64,000 nt of DNA, taken from positions 62,001-126,000 of IMG/VR virus record IMGVR_UViG_3300025030_000041; one strand, given 5' to 3'. This document shows, in pieces, positions 1 to 8,873 of this stretch. A program made the position numbers and the translations under genes. The notes under the pieces were generated by a model that was given only the letters and a program-made list of their open reading frames with translations, was not told where the DNA came from and ran no database searches. Numbering within the stretch: the stretch's first letter is position 1; every line of letters begins with the position of its first letter.

Positions 1-190
1 TAATAATATCAAGTCTTTTCCTTTTAAATACACAGACCCTGATGGATTTTATATGGCAATTGAATATAACGAACATGAAATGACTAAATTTAAATTAAAA
101 ACCTTAATTAAATATAAAAAATAATTAATTTAATATCAATTAGTTATATTTTTATTTAAAAATAGGTGAAACAAATTAAAGATAAATTAA

Positions 191-198
191 TATATTTG
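191..198 (+). promoter_or_regulatory. Bacteroidota-type -7 promoter box (TAnnTTTG)
   Basis: TATATTTG about 40 bp upstream of the ATG at 237. Confidence 0.5.
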
Positions 199-236
199 CA
201 GTATAACAATCATTATTAACTTAAAACAATTAAAAA

Positions 237-458
237 ATGAAAACAAACAAACTGAAAACTGCTGTTAAAGCCGTTGCAAAAGTAACAAAAGGAAGTAGTG
301 ACGTAGTTCGTAAGATTAAAGTAGGTGATTATACTAAGATTGCTAGAGCGACTGGGTATGACTACAGCCATGTATGGAGAGTTATTAATGGAGAGTCTAG
401 TAATCCATCAGGAGAAATTATGAAATACACCGCTACGGTTATTAAAAACAGAAAATAG
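237..458 (+). CDS. small basic HTH DNA-binding protein
   Basis: YTKIARATGYDYSHVWRVING resembles an HTH; has its own promoter box and terminator. Confidence 0.6.
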   Translation: MKTNKLKTAVKAVAKVTKGSSDVVRKIKVGDYTKIARATGYDYSHVWRVINGESSNPSGEIMKYTATVIKNRK

Positions 459-480
459 TGAGTATTTTTTAAATTTATAA

Positions 481-510
481 AAATAGCCTAATTTTTAATT
501 AGGCTATTTT
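481..510 (+). terminator. intrinsic terminator
   Basis: aaatagcctaatt/aattaggctattt inverted repeat followed by T run. Confidence 0.75.
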
Positions 511-873
511 TATTTTAATGCTTATACGTATACCAATAGTTAAATTCAAATGATTATAGAACTAATAATTTTCTTTTTAAAAGTTTGGTCTATTTTATGG
601 ACTATACTTTTAGTTTTAATAATATATTCTAGTGCTGTGTTAAACTTAAAAAGACTAGAATTTAACCTTAATTTGAAAACCTGTGCGGAATTATCGCTGT
701 ATATTACTTCAATATACACATGGTTTTTATAAAAAAGATAAAAATACCAACTATTGATTATAAATAGCAAGTTGCAACGGAAACTTAATGGTGTCAAAAA
801 TGTCATTTCAGAGTATTATCATAGATATTTTCTTTACTACGTTATATATAGGGGTGATTTAAAACTATAAAAA

Positions 874-1116
874 ATGATAACAGAAAAAGAATACTTAAAA
901 GCAAAAATGATTGTTGAAGCATATGAATGTGAGCAATTGAATAAACCTGCTAGTATAAGCCATATGAAGTGCTGCGACAACCAAGATATAGAAATATTTT
1001 ATAAAAACACCAGTAATAAGGATGGGAGTGGAAGAATGGGTGTTACTCATAAGATATTTAAATGCAAGAATTGTGTTATGCAATCGGCTTTTATTTGTCA
1101 AATGTTTAATAATTAA
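874..1116 (+). CDS. hypothetical cassette-type protein (Cys pairs)
   Basis: ORF; N-terminus MITEKEYLKAK nearly identical to the 13345 ORF. Confidence 0.6.
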   Translation: MITEKEYLKAKMIVEAYECEQLNKPASISHMKCCDNQDIEIFYKNTSNKDGSGRMGVTHKIFKCKNCVMQSAFICQMFNN

Positions 1117-1141
1117 ATACTTAAAAAATAAAAACAGAATT

Positions 1142-1429
1142 ATGTTAGAAAACGAAAACTTGAATGAACCACAAAAAACGCAATTGAATATAAGTGAGGT
1201 TAGCCACAATTGTATTTGTTGCGGAAAAGAAATAAAGAAACTTGATGGACTGCCAAAAGATAAGGATTGGGAAGGTATGTGGAATGGTGGAATAGTTGAA
1301 AAGATAAGTGCTGGGTATGGCAGTTTACTTGATGGAGATATGTATGTTTTGGCTATATGCGATGACTGTGTAAAGTTGAAACAGCTAAAATACGTTGGTA
1401 ACTATATGTTCCCAGACAATTGTGACTAA
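1142..1429 (+). CDS. hypothetical cassette protein (CxxC pairs)
   Basis: Likely start ATG 1142 inside ORF 1022..1429; stop TAA is part of a TAAC site. Confidence 0.65.
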   Translation: MLENENLNEPQKTQLNISEVSHNCICCGKEIKKLDGLPKDKDWEGMWNGGIVEKISAGYGSLLDGDMYVLAICDDCVKLKQLKYVGNYMFPDNCD

Positions 1430-1571
1430 CTGATGACACTAACAGTCAGGTGGGGATTAAATGCACCGTACTTTCACTTGACGATAAGCTTCATTAGACA
1501 CAAGATAGCTTCAATGTGACACAAGCCCCCACTTGCTGTTATTGTATGTTATGGAGCGTTTATTGCCATCA
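1199..1571 (+). mobile_element. solo integron-like cassette array A (degraded)
   Basis: GTTAGCCACAATTGT 1199 / ACAATTGTGACTAAC ending 1430; hairpin TAAC1427-N5-arm...arm-N2-GTTA1548. Confidence 0.7.
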
Positions 1572-1675
1572 CAAATAATTATAAAAGATAATATGATTTA
1601 ACATTTAAGAATCCTAAAAAGTTAAGCAAAATAAAAATAGTAATCTAAATAAATAAAAAGAAAGGGATTAATTTA

Positions 1676-1996
1676 ATGAAAAAATATGTTAAAATCTTTG
1701 AAGATTTTATAAAAGACTCCGCCAATAATATTTATAATGAAGATTTAACTGAAATTATAGGCTGGCTATTAAAATACGGAAAATCTAAATCTGGAGAATC
1801 TGTAGAAGATGAATTAATTAAATTTAAAAAAGAGTTAAATACTAAAGGCATTGGCCAAGAGACTACTGATTTTTATGAATTAGAACAATACATTAGCAAA
1901 GATGAAAAAATAGTAATTATAGACAGCCTATTTAATATATTTTTAAATTTAAATGATTATTATAGAATTAATATGATAGGTAAAAACATCAGTTAG
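1676..1996 (+). CDS. hypothetical protein with MKKYVKIFEDF leader
   Basis: ORF; shared N-terminal motif. Confidence 0.7.
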   Translation: MKKYVKIFEDFIKDSANNIYNEDLTEIIGWLLKYGKSKSGESVEDELIKFKKELNTKGIGQETTDFYELEQYISKDEKIVIIDSLFNIFLNLNDYYRINMIGKNIS

Positions 1997-2037
1997 CATT
2001 TATACAGTAGAAGGAGATTGATTAAATTGGACAGGGT

Positions 2038-2412
2038 ATGAAAGATTTTATAAATTATATTAAAGAAAATAAAAAATATCCGTCTGGATTAAATATTTTT
2101 ATTGATATTGATAAAACAATTGCAATTTTAGATATTGATAAATATGGATTAGATTATTCTAAGAGCGAGCCTATTATAGAAAATATAGAAATAGTAAATG
2201 AGTTATATGATGCTGGAAATACTATAACATTTTATTCAGCTCGAGGCGCATCTTCTAAAATAGATTGGACTGTTGAAACTATAAAACAGTTTAATAGATG
2301 GGGAGTTAAATATCATAAAATAGATTTAACAAAACCTAATTATGATATTTTCATAGACGATAAAGCAATTAATAATTTTAAAGAATTAGATTCCTATTTA
2401 AAACAATTTTAA
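2038..2412 (+). CDS. HAD-superfamily phosphatase
   Basis: DIDKT motif I, SAR motif II, KP...FIDDKA motifs III/IV. Confidence 0.8.
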   Translation: MKDFINYIKENKKYPSGLNIFIDIDKTIAILDIDKYGLDYSKSEPIIENIEIVNELYDAGNTITFYSARGASSKIDWTVETIKQFNRWGVKYHKIDLTKPNYDIFIDDKAINNFKELDSYLKQF

Positions 2413-2488
2413 CAGTTTTTAATAAAATTTTTGAGTAAATGTTAAATTAACCTTTGTTATTTTAGCTTAAAAATAACTTTAATTATAA

Positions 2489-3145
2489 ATGGTAAATCAA
2501 TTCGATTATAATAGTAATAAAGAAACTGATGAATTAAATAACAGAAATGCTGAAACTGATCCATCCAACGATATTCATAATTTGCCCGAAACTGATATAG
2601 ACTATTCTAGACATACCTCTATTGAAGAGGTATCTGATTTAAATTGGGAAATACATTTAGAAAAAGCAAAGCATAATAAAATTTATAATACGTCATATAA
2701 TGACGGAAATAATTTAAAAGATCCATGTGAATATGAATACGGTAAGTCACTTCAAATTGACGCGTCTTACTCAAATTTATATATGGAAAATTATGAACCT
2801 GCTAAATTTATTATTAATAACATCTCGCAAAAACATATAGAGTCATATATAGAAAATAATGAAGATATTAGAACCTTATTAAATTTAAATAAAACATTAG
2901 AAAAAAGAAAATTTAATAAACAAGAAATCAATACTATTTTTTCAATGATTCTTGCTGAAGTTAAACCAATATGCAATGATTATACATTTATTAGTATATT
3001 TGATACAGTAAGTAAATATACTAATATCAATTATAAAAAATTATTTGATTTTTTAGATTATCAATATAAAGAACTAATAATTTTAGAATTAAACGAAGAA
3101 TATAATATTTTAAATAATTATAATAATTTTAACGATTTTTTTTAA
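2489..3145 (+). CDS. hypothetical protein
   Basis: 218 aa ORF. Confidence 0.7.
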   Translation: MVNQFDYNSNKETDELNNRNAETDPSNDIHNLPETDIDYSRHTSIEEVSDLNWEIHLEKAKHNKIYNTSYNDGNNLKDPCEYEYGKSLQIDASYSNLYMENYEPAKFIINNISQKHIESYIENNEDIRTLLNLNKTLEKRKFNKQEINTIFSMILAEVKPICNDYTFISIFDTVSKYTNINYKKLFDFLDYQYKELIILELNEEYNILNNYNNFNDFF

Positions 3146-3148
3146 ACA

Positions 3149-3505
3149 ATGTTTATAGAACATAAAAAAGAAGCAGAGCTAAAAGACAATATTTGGGTTA
3201 ATACTATCCAATTATTAAAGTCAAAACAAGAACAATCTTATCTTTTTAATAATAAATATGGTAAATTTAATATTAAAAAACTAGATGACTATAAAATCAT
3301 AATAGAATTTTTAAATACTACATTATCTAATCTAGATAATACAGGTTTTACAATTACATCACATGATTATGATAGCATTAGTATTAAATCAAATATAATA
3401 GGGTCATCTATAGAATCTATTCCTAATAGAGATACTTTAGAAATACTTTTTGAAATTATTTCCATAGAATTAAAAAAGGAAAAATTTAAAGCCTTAGAAT
3501 TTTAA
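3149..3505 (+). CDS. hypothetical protein
   Basis: 118 aa ORF, tightly packed. Confidence 0.65.
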   Translation: MFIEHKKEAELKDNIWVNTIQLLKSKQEQSYLFNNKYGKFNIKKLDDYKIIIEFLNTTLSNLDNTGFTITSHDYDSISIKSNIIGSSIESIPNRDTLEILFEIISIELKKEKFKALEF

Positions 3506-3506
3506 A

Positions 3507-4337
3507 ATGAAATCTGCAGTATTTATTGATGCTTCAAATTTAATGCACCGGGCATTACGTATCCCTTTTGCATGGAATAGTGTTAAGAATGATCCTAATA
3601 GTAATGCCGCAGTATATTTATTTGTAAATATATTCCATAAATTATATAAAGATAATGAAGGCCGAGATTTATTTTTTGTATTAGATGGATCACCTATACA
3701 AAAAAAGTCTGAATATTCTCAATATAAAGGAAATAGACAGAAATTAGATAATATATATTATCAACAGATGAATAAAATGAAGTCTATTCTTACTAATTTT
3801 CCTATTAAAACTGCATATTGTAAAGATCGAGAAGCTGACGATATTATATACTACTTATGTAAAAATCTAAATTCAAAATACCATGAAATTTTTATTATAA
3901 GTAATGATAAAGATTTTATTCAATTAAAACAACAATTTAATAATATTAAAATATATGACCCGATTAATAATTGTTTTAGAGAACTTCCTGATAAATTAAC
4001 GGGTAAATTTACAGATTATAAGGCTTTAACAGGAGATCCTAGTGACAATATAATTAAAATATTAAGTGAGTCTAAAGCGTTTAAAGCAGCAAATGGCATA
4101 GATAAATGGAAAAGCCTAGCGAGTGACGCCCAACTAAAGCAATATATCCAAAATATTACACTAATTGATTTTACCTTATTAGATTTTTCAGGATTAGAAA
4201 TTGAGAATACTGAATATACTTTTAATAAAGAAAATATAAAAACTTTATTTGAAGAATATAAATTTAATTCAATACTTAAGAAATTTAATGAATGGTCTCA
4301 CGTATTTGAACCAAGTATTTTTAATTCATTATTTTAA
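3507..4337 (+). CDS. 5'-3' exonuclease / T4 RNase H-like (FEN family)
   Basis: FIDASN, YKGNR, EADD, SNDKDF, LTGDPSDNI motifs. Confidence 0.9.
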   Translation: MKSAVFIDASNLMHRALRIPFAWNSVKNDPNSNAAVYLFVNIFHKLYKDNEGRDLFFVLDGSPIQKKSEYSQYKGNRQKLDNIYYQQMNKMKSILTNFPIKTAYCKDREADDIIYYLCKNLNSKYHEIFIISNDKDFIQLKQQFNNIKIYDPINNCFRELPDKLTGKFTDYKALTGDPSDNIIKILSESKAFKAANGIDKWKSLASDAQLKQYIQNITLIDFTLLDFSGLEIENTEYTFNKENIKTLFEEYKFNSILKKFNEWSHVFEPSIFNSLF

Positions 4338-4354
4338 AACTAGGGGTTATTCTG

Positions 4355-4570
4355 AAAATTGATACACCTAGCAAAGAATTAAGTGATGCTGACTTTGTAA
4401 AACTTAGTGAGTTTATACGTTCACATTATGGTATAAATATACTGTATCTAAAAAAGCATGTTACAGGTACGTTTGCAAACCAGATTAAGAAAAAACAACA
4501 TTCTTACTTTTAAAGAGTATTGTAATTTTGTTTTCTCCGGTAAAAATAATGATTCAGAAGTTGTACGCGT
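4355..4570 (+). pseudogene. cheR: frameshifted fragment resembling the N-terminal domain of chemotaxis methyltransferase CheR
   Basis: Hand translation ELSDADFVKLSEFIRSHYGINI.../MLQVRLQTRLRKNNILTFKEYCNFVFS...EVV. Confidence 0.6.
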
Positions 4571-4714
4571 AATTAGTTGAAGATTATGACCGTTTATCGT
4601 TTAGTATATTAATTATCAATTAATTATATTTAATTGATATATTTAGTTCAAAAATAAAGTACCTAAAAAATTTAATATATCAAAAATATTTCTTATTTTT
4701 GTATTAAATATAAC
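4571..4714 (+). repeat. promoter cassette copy 1
   Basis: ttatcaattaattatattt...tttagttcaaaaataaagtac...ttcttATTTTTGtattaaatataac; matches the other copies. Confidence 0.85.
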
Positions 4715-4776
4715 ATGGGCATAAAAGAAATGCCGAAATTAGAAGTACAAATTATCAATTTAAAACAAAAGTAAAT

Positions 4777-5043
4777 ATGAAAAACAAAACATCAATTTTA
4801 GTAGGAGCTCGGCATTTCTTTTATGCCTTATTAGTAGCTGTTATTTTTTGCGGTTGTGGAAACGGTGAAAATTCAGTGAATGGAGAAATAGAATATAGAA
4901 CAATTGTTGTAGATAGCTGTGAGTATATTGTAAAGTATAATGGCTATCAAAGAGGGTATATGTTTTCTCACAAGGGAAATTGTAAATACTGCTACAAACG
5001 TACCCCCATTTTGGTTAGTTGCGTGAAAATATTACAAAATTAA
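4777..5043 (+). CDS. putative lipoprotein (cassette)
   Basis: Hydrophobic stretch followed by FCGC lipobox-like motif; starts inside a hairpin loop. Confidence 0.6.
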   Translation: MKNKTSILVGARHFFYALLVAVIFCGCGNGENSVNGEIEYRTIVVDSCEYIVKYNGYQRGYMFSHKGNCKYCYKRTPILVSCVKILQN

Positions 5044-5192
5044 ATTGAAACATGGATGATAAATTGGATTAAAAACTTATTTAAAAGCAGGGGAAAAACA
5101 ATTAACTAAACATGTTGTTATACACAGTATTTTGTTGGTGGGATTTGACAAATTAAAAATAAATTAGCATATTTACAAAAAAAATAAAAATT

Positions 5193-5504
5193 ATGAAAGA
5201 ATTATTTGAAAAACAATTAAACGGAACACAACCATTAACAAAAGATGTTTTAGAAAAATTACAAGTTAAAACATATTTTAATGGTGAAGAAAAACAAATT
5301 GGTGAAGTTGTATTAATGGCGATGTTAATGGGTGAAGTAATTGAAAAGGAAGGTGAATATCCAAAAGTACCATTAAAATTAATAACATTAAACGAAAGCC
5401 ATTTTAATTTATTTGAATATGATGAAAGATTTAATAGAGGTAATAAATTACCAACAATTAAATTGAAACCTTTAGTTGTGGTGGGTAAAAAATATTGCGT
5501 ATAA
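5193..5504 (+). CDS. hypothetical cassette protein
   Basis: ORF ending in TAA of TAAC. Confidence 0.65.
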   Translation: MKELFEKQLNGTQPLTKDVLEKLQVKTYFNGEEKQIGEVVLMAMLMGEVIEKEGEYPKVPLKLITLNESHFNLFEYDERFNRGNKLPTIKLKPLVVVGKKYCV

Positions 5505-5564
5505 CGTCCACAGGTATATATAGTTGCGTAAATAACATATAAAATTAATTAAAAGCGATAAAGT

Positions 5565-5798
5565 ATGAAAACAGATAAAAGTAAATTAGAAGAACAAAAG
5601 CAGCAATTGGATATACATGTTGTTAGCGGTAGTTTAACTCATATTCCTTTGTTTCAATATAATGTTGCTGTTGAATCACACGGGAATACATTAGAACTAT
5701 TGCGAATTATACAAAACGATAAAAAGGAATTAAAAGAAGAGTTAGAAGCAACATATAAAGAAATTGATAGGTTAAAGGCTAAACTAAATTACTGCTAA
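5565..5798 (+). CDS. hypothetical cassette protein, coiled coil
   Basis: QLDIHVVSGS is the translated recombination-site arm. Confidence 0.7.
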   Translation: MKTDKSKLEEQKQQLDIHVVSGSLTHIPLFQYNVAVESHGNTLELLRIIQNDKKELKEELEATYKEIDRLKAKLNYC

Positions 5799-5801
5799 TG
5801 G

Positions 5802-6065
5802 ATGAGTATAAATTTAGTAAAAATAATACAAATGAAGAATAAAGATAAACTTTGGAATTTTGTTTATGAACAAGAACCAAGACTAATGGGAGAACCATTT
5901 GGTAGATTTAACGTTAAAGTAGAAAAAGATTTTTTTATTATAGAATGTGAATTACTTACAAACTTGGAAAATCCATTTATAAATACAGAATTGAAAAAGT
6001 GTAAGGTTGATCAAAAATCTTTTACTAATTGGAAGAACAAACAAAATTCTATTATTTTTTATTGA
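5802..6065 (+). CDS. hypothetical protein encoded inside a hairpin unit
   Basis: ORF lies between and overlaps arms agtataaatttagtaaaa / ttttattgaatttatact; start may be the later Met. Confidence 0.65.
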   Translation: MSINLVKIIQMKNKDKLWNFVYEQEPRLMGEPFGRFNVKVEKDFFIIECELLTNLENPFINTELKKCKVDQKSFTNWKNKQNSIIFY

Positions 6066-6281
6066 ATTTATACTTTGTTATGTTTAACGAAGTATAGTTG
6101 TGAGAAGCGAACAATTAAACATAACGGTTGGGTGTATATGTAATGTGAGATTTGAAACACTAAACTTGAATTAACCACAAATGATGATTAGAAGTAGGAT
6201 TGTTGAATATACCACTGAACCTCACATTACATATACACCTTGTTATGTGTAGTACGGTGTTAAACTTAAATTTTAAAACTT

Positions 6282-6578
6282 ATGGATACAATAAAAATTA
6301 AATTAGAAAGTGGAAATGAATATAAATTACCAGACATTTCATCAGAAAAGTTTGATGAATATGTTTGGAAAAGTGGTAGTAATGACGTTGAATATGAGAA
6401 ATATAAACGTGAAAACGGAATGATGGAATTAACTGACTTTAATTCTCAAACGACTAGTGAAATCACATTAGTGGTAGAACAATCTTGGAGAGGTAGAGTT
6501 TTAAAATTTAAGTGTGTTTATGATTTTGATAACGATGAAAACTTTGATGAAAAGGAATATTTCGGAGAACATGAGTAG
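6282..6578 (+). CDS. hypothetical acidic cassette protein
   Basis: ORF inside GTTATGTGTAGTAC...GTATTACACATAA body. Confidence 0.7.
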   Translation: MDTIKIKLESGNEYKLPDISSEKFDEYVWKSGSNDVEYEKYKRENGMMELTDFNSQTTSEITLVVEQSWRGRVLKFKCVYDFDNDENFDEKEYFGEHE

Positions 6579-6587
6579 TATTACACA

Positions 6588-6697
6588 TAAATATTATATA
6601 TATATATATACATGTATGTTTAAACTATAATAAAATCAATAGTATGAACGAAAAAATTATAAAGATTTGTAAACAAAAACTTATATATTTAACGTAA
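6588..6697 (+). pseudogene. attI-like terminal site plus putative truncated integrase start (MNEKIIKICKQKLIYLT)
   Basis: Near-identical inverted copy at 46900-47002; same layout as the site upstream of the intact integrase. Confidence 0.55.
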
Positions 6698-6752
6698 TGT
6701 AAAAAACTATTTTGATACATTAAAAATAATTAGTTATAATAGAGTCTAGTAT

Positions 6753-7403
6753 ATGGAATTTAATAAATTTATTAATATACACACTGATAAAACTGCAATA
6801 ATCTGTGGGTGTGGTCAGTCTTTAAATCTTATTAAAGACCGAGTAGATATACTAAATAATGAGAATATAATTACAATAGGAGTAAATGATGTTGCTAAAT
6901 TATTTACTCCTACTTATACGGTGGTTGTAGATTCTCCTAATAGATTTACTAACAATAGAAACTTGCTTATTACAAAAAGTAGTAGCTATATTTTTACACA
7001 AATCGTTGATTGGAAAATTGAATCTGGAAAAAAAGTATTATTTAAACTTGGATTAAAATCTAAATTAGAAAATCTTTATGATAAAAATAATATTATAGAT
7101 TATAGTAATAACTCTCCATATATGGCATGTATTATTGCATATAAAATGGGGTGTCATACAATCGCATTAATTGGAGTAGATTTTACATTAAATCATTTTT
7201 ATGCAGAAGATGGTGAACATAATTTAATTAAAGCAAATAGACTGAATGAAATTAATAATGATTATATAAATTTATATAATGCTTTCAAAATAAAAAATGT
7301 AAATTTATATAATTTAAGTGAAAATAGTAAAGTATTAGGTATACCTAAGCTTAATATTAATGAAATATTAAAAATACATACTAATAATGAAAGTAATAAC
7401 TAA
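6753..7403 (+). CDS. DUF115/MptE-like (glycosyltransferase-related) protein
   Basis: AIICGCGQSL, TIGVN, IALIGVDF motifs. Confidence 0.6.
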   Translation: MEFNKFINIHTDKTAIICGCGQSLNLIKDRVDILNNENIITIGVNDVAKLFTPTYTVVVDSPNRFTNNRNLLITKSSSYIFTQIVDWKIESGKKVLFKLGLKSKLENLYDKNNIIDYSNNSPYMACIIAYKMGCHTIALIGVDFTLNHFYAEDGEHNLIKANRLNEINNDYINLYNAFKIKNVNLYNLSENSKVLGIPKLNINEILKIHTNNESNN

Positions 7404-7623
7404 AGAATTAAAAGAAGTAGACGTACTTAAAGATATAGTGTGTGACTCATGTGGTAAAATGTGTAATACGGAGTATGGATTTGAATATCTAAAATTAAGT
7501 GCAAATTGGGGATTTGGAAGTTCTAAAGATTTGAAAGAATGGAACGCTCACCTTTGCGAAAACTGTACAGATAAAAAACTAGATTTTATTAAATTCAAAA
7601 TTACAAACTACCATCCATTATAA
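7387..7623 (+). CDS. hypothetical zinc-binding protein
   Basis: CDSC...CENC. Confidence 0.65.
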   Translation: MKVITKELKEVDVLKDIVCDSCGKMCNTEYGFEYLKLSANWGFGSSKDLKEWNAHLCENCTDKKLDFIKFKITNYHPL

Positions 7624-7634
7624 ATAAATATATT

Positions 7635-7841
7635 ATGACTACTGAAACCTTAGAACACATAAAAAACTTATATTCTACTCAAGATGAATATAGAGCTAAA
7701 AGTAATGAATTTAAAATAAAGGGATTATTATCAGATGACCCTAATGAAAAAATAAGTCTTAAAAAACAGGAAAGCCTATATTTTGAAAAAATGTCGGATA
7801 TTAATTCTAAAATAACTAAAATACTAAATCAAGAACAATAA
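7635..7841 (+). CDS. hypothetical protein
   Basis: ORF. Confidence 0.55.
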   Translation: MTTETLEHIKNLYSTQDEYRAKSNEFKIKGLLSDDPNEKISLKKQESLYFEKMSDINSKITKILNQEQ

Positions 7842-7879
7842 TTCTAAATAAACTATTATAAATTCTAATTTTTTAAAAT

Positions 7880-8197
7880 ATGTCAGGCGGACACTTTGAT
7901 TACCAGCAATATCATGTTAGTAATATTGCAGATTCTATTGAAAATGAACTTAATAAACAGGGTACTTTAAAACCAAAGGATGAGCTATATTATACCGATG
8001 AGTATTATAGTAAATATCCTGATGAAAAATATTATGCAGCTTATCCTATTGAAATTCAAGAAAAAATGAAAGATGCTATAAAAATACTAAGAACTGCTGC
8101 AATATACGCTCACCGAATTGATTGGTTATTATCTGGAGATGATGGAGAAGAGTCTTTTCTTGAAAGATTGAAAGAAGAACTTGATAAATTAGAATAA
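7880..8197 (+). CDS. hypothetical phage protein
   Basis: ORF with MSGGHFDY start and DWLLSGDDGEESF. Confidence 0.75.
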   Translation: MSGGHFDYQQYHVSNIADSIENELNKQGTLKPKDELYYTDEYYSKYPDEKYYAAYPIEIQEKMKDAIKILRTAAIYAHRIDWLLSGDDGEESFLERLKEELDKLE

Positions 8198-8236
8198 TTA
8201 AAATTCTATTAATTTAAAAATTGAATAAATAATAAC

Positions 8237-8827
8237 ATGGAATATGTTAAATTATTTGAAGCTTACCATAATATTATAAATGTTCCACTACCTCGAGTTT
8301 ATAGTAAAGACAAAAAATTTAGTTCTGCAGTTAATGGAAATAATAACACATTATCTCCTATTGGTTTTTATGAAATTAAAAATGCAATAGAAGAAAAAAT
8401 ACCGTTTACAATTATAACAGTTTGGAATAATAAAAATAAAGAAATTGATAACAAATTATTAATAGAAGAACTTTCTATAAATTTATTAAAACTTAATTTT
8501 AAATTTGCAGTACAAGAAGGAGTAACGCGAGCTGAAGATAATATAGGAGATAGACAAAAACTTAAATTTGAACAAAATATTTTTATATTGAAACCTAAAG
8601 AAATGTCAGATATTAATTTTTTAAGAATGATTAAATCTATAGTAGAATCAAATAAACAAACTAAATTTATATATGGGTTTACTAAAAAAAGAGATGGTAT
8701 TTTTCTATGGAGAAAAAATCAAAAATCTATAAAAATTGGTAAAGAACTGATAAATAGCACCGAGTACTTACCTGAAGACTTAGAGTGTTATTTTAATATT
8801 AATGGAATAAAATATATTTTTATTTAA
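8237..8827 (+). CDS. hypothetical protein with MEYVKLFE leader
   Basis: ORF preceded by AATAAATA. Confidence 0.7.
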   Translation: MEYVKLFEAYHNIINVPLPRVYSKDKKFSSAVNGNNNTLSPIGFYEIKNAIEEKIPFTIITVWNNKNKEIDNKLLIEELSINLLKLNFKFAVQEGVTRAEDNIGDRQKLKFEQNIFILKPKEMSDINFLRMIKSIVESNKQTKFIYGFTKKRDGIFLWRKNQKSIKIGKELINSTEYLPEDLECYFNINGIKYIFI

Positions 8828-8873
8828 TTTATTTTTATACTTTTACAAAAACTATTTACTAAATCGTTTTTTA

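Larger units (their letters stand above)
4571..6697 (+). mobile_element. solo integron-like cassette array B
   Basis: TAAC/GTTA-bounded inverted repeats at 4711, 5117, 5502, 5622, 5796, 6077, 6122, 6242, 6588; ends in TATTATATATA site plus stub ORF. Confidence 0.85.
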
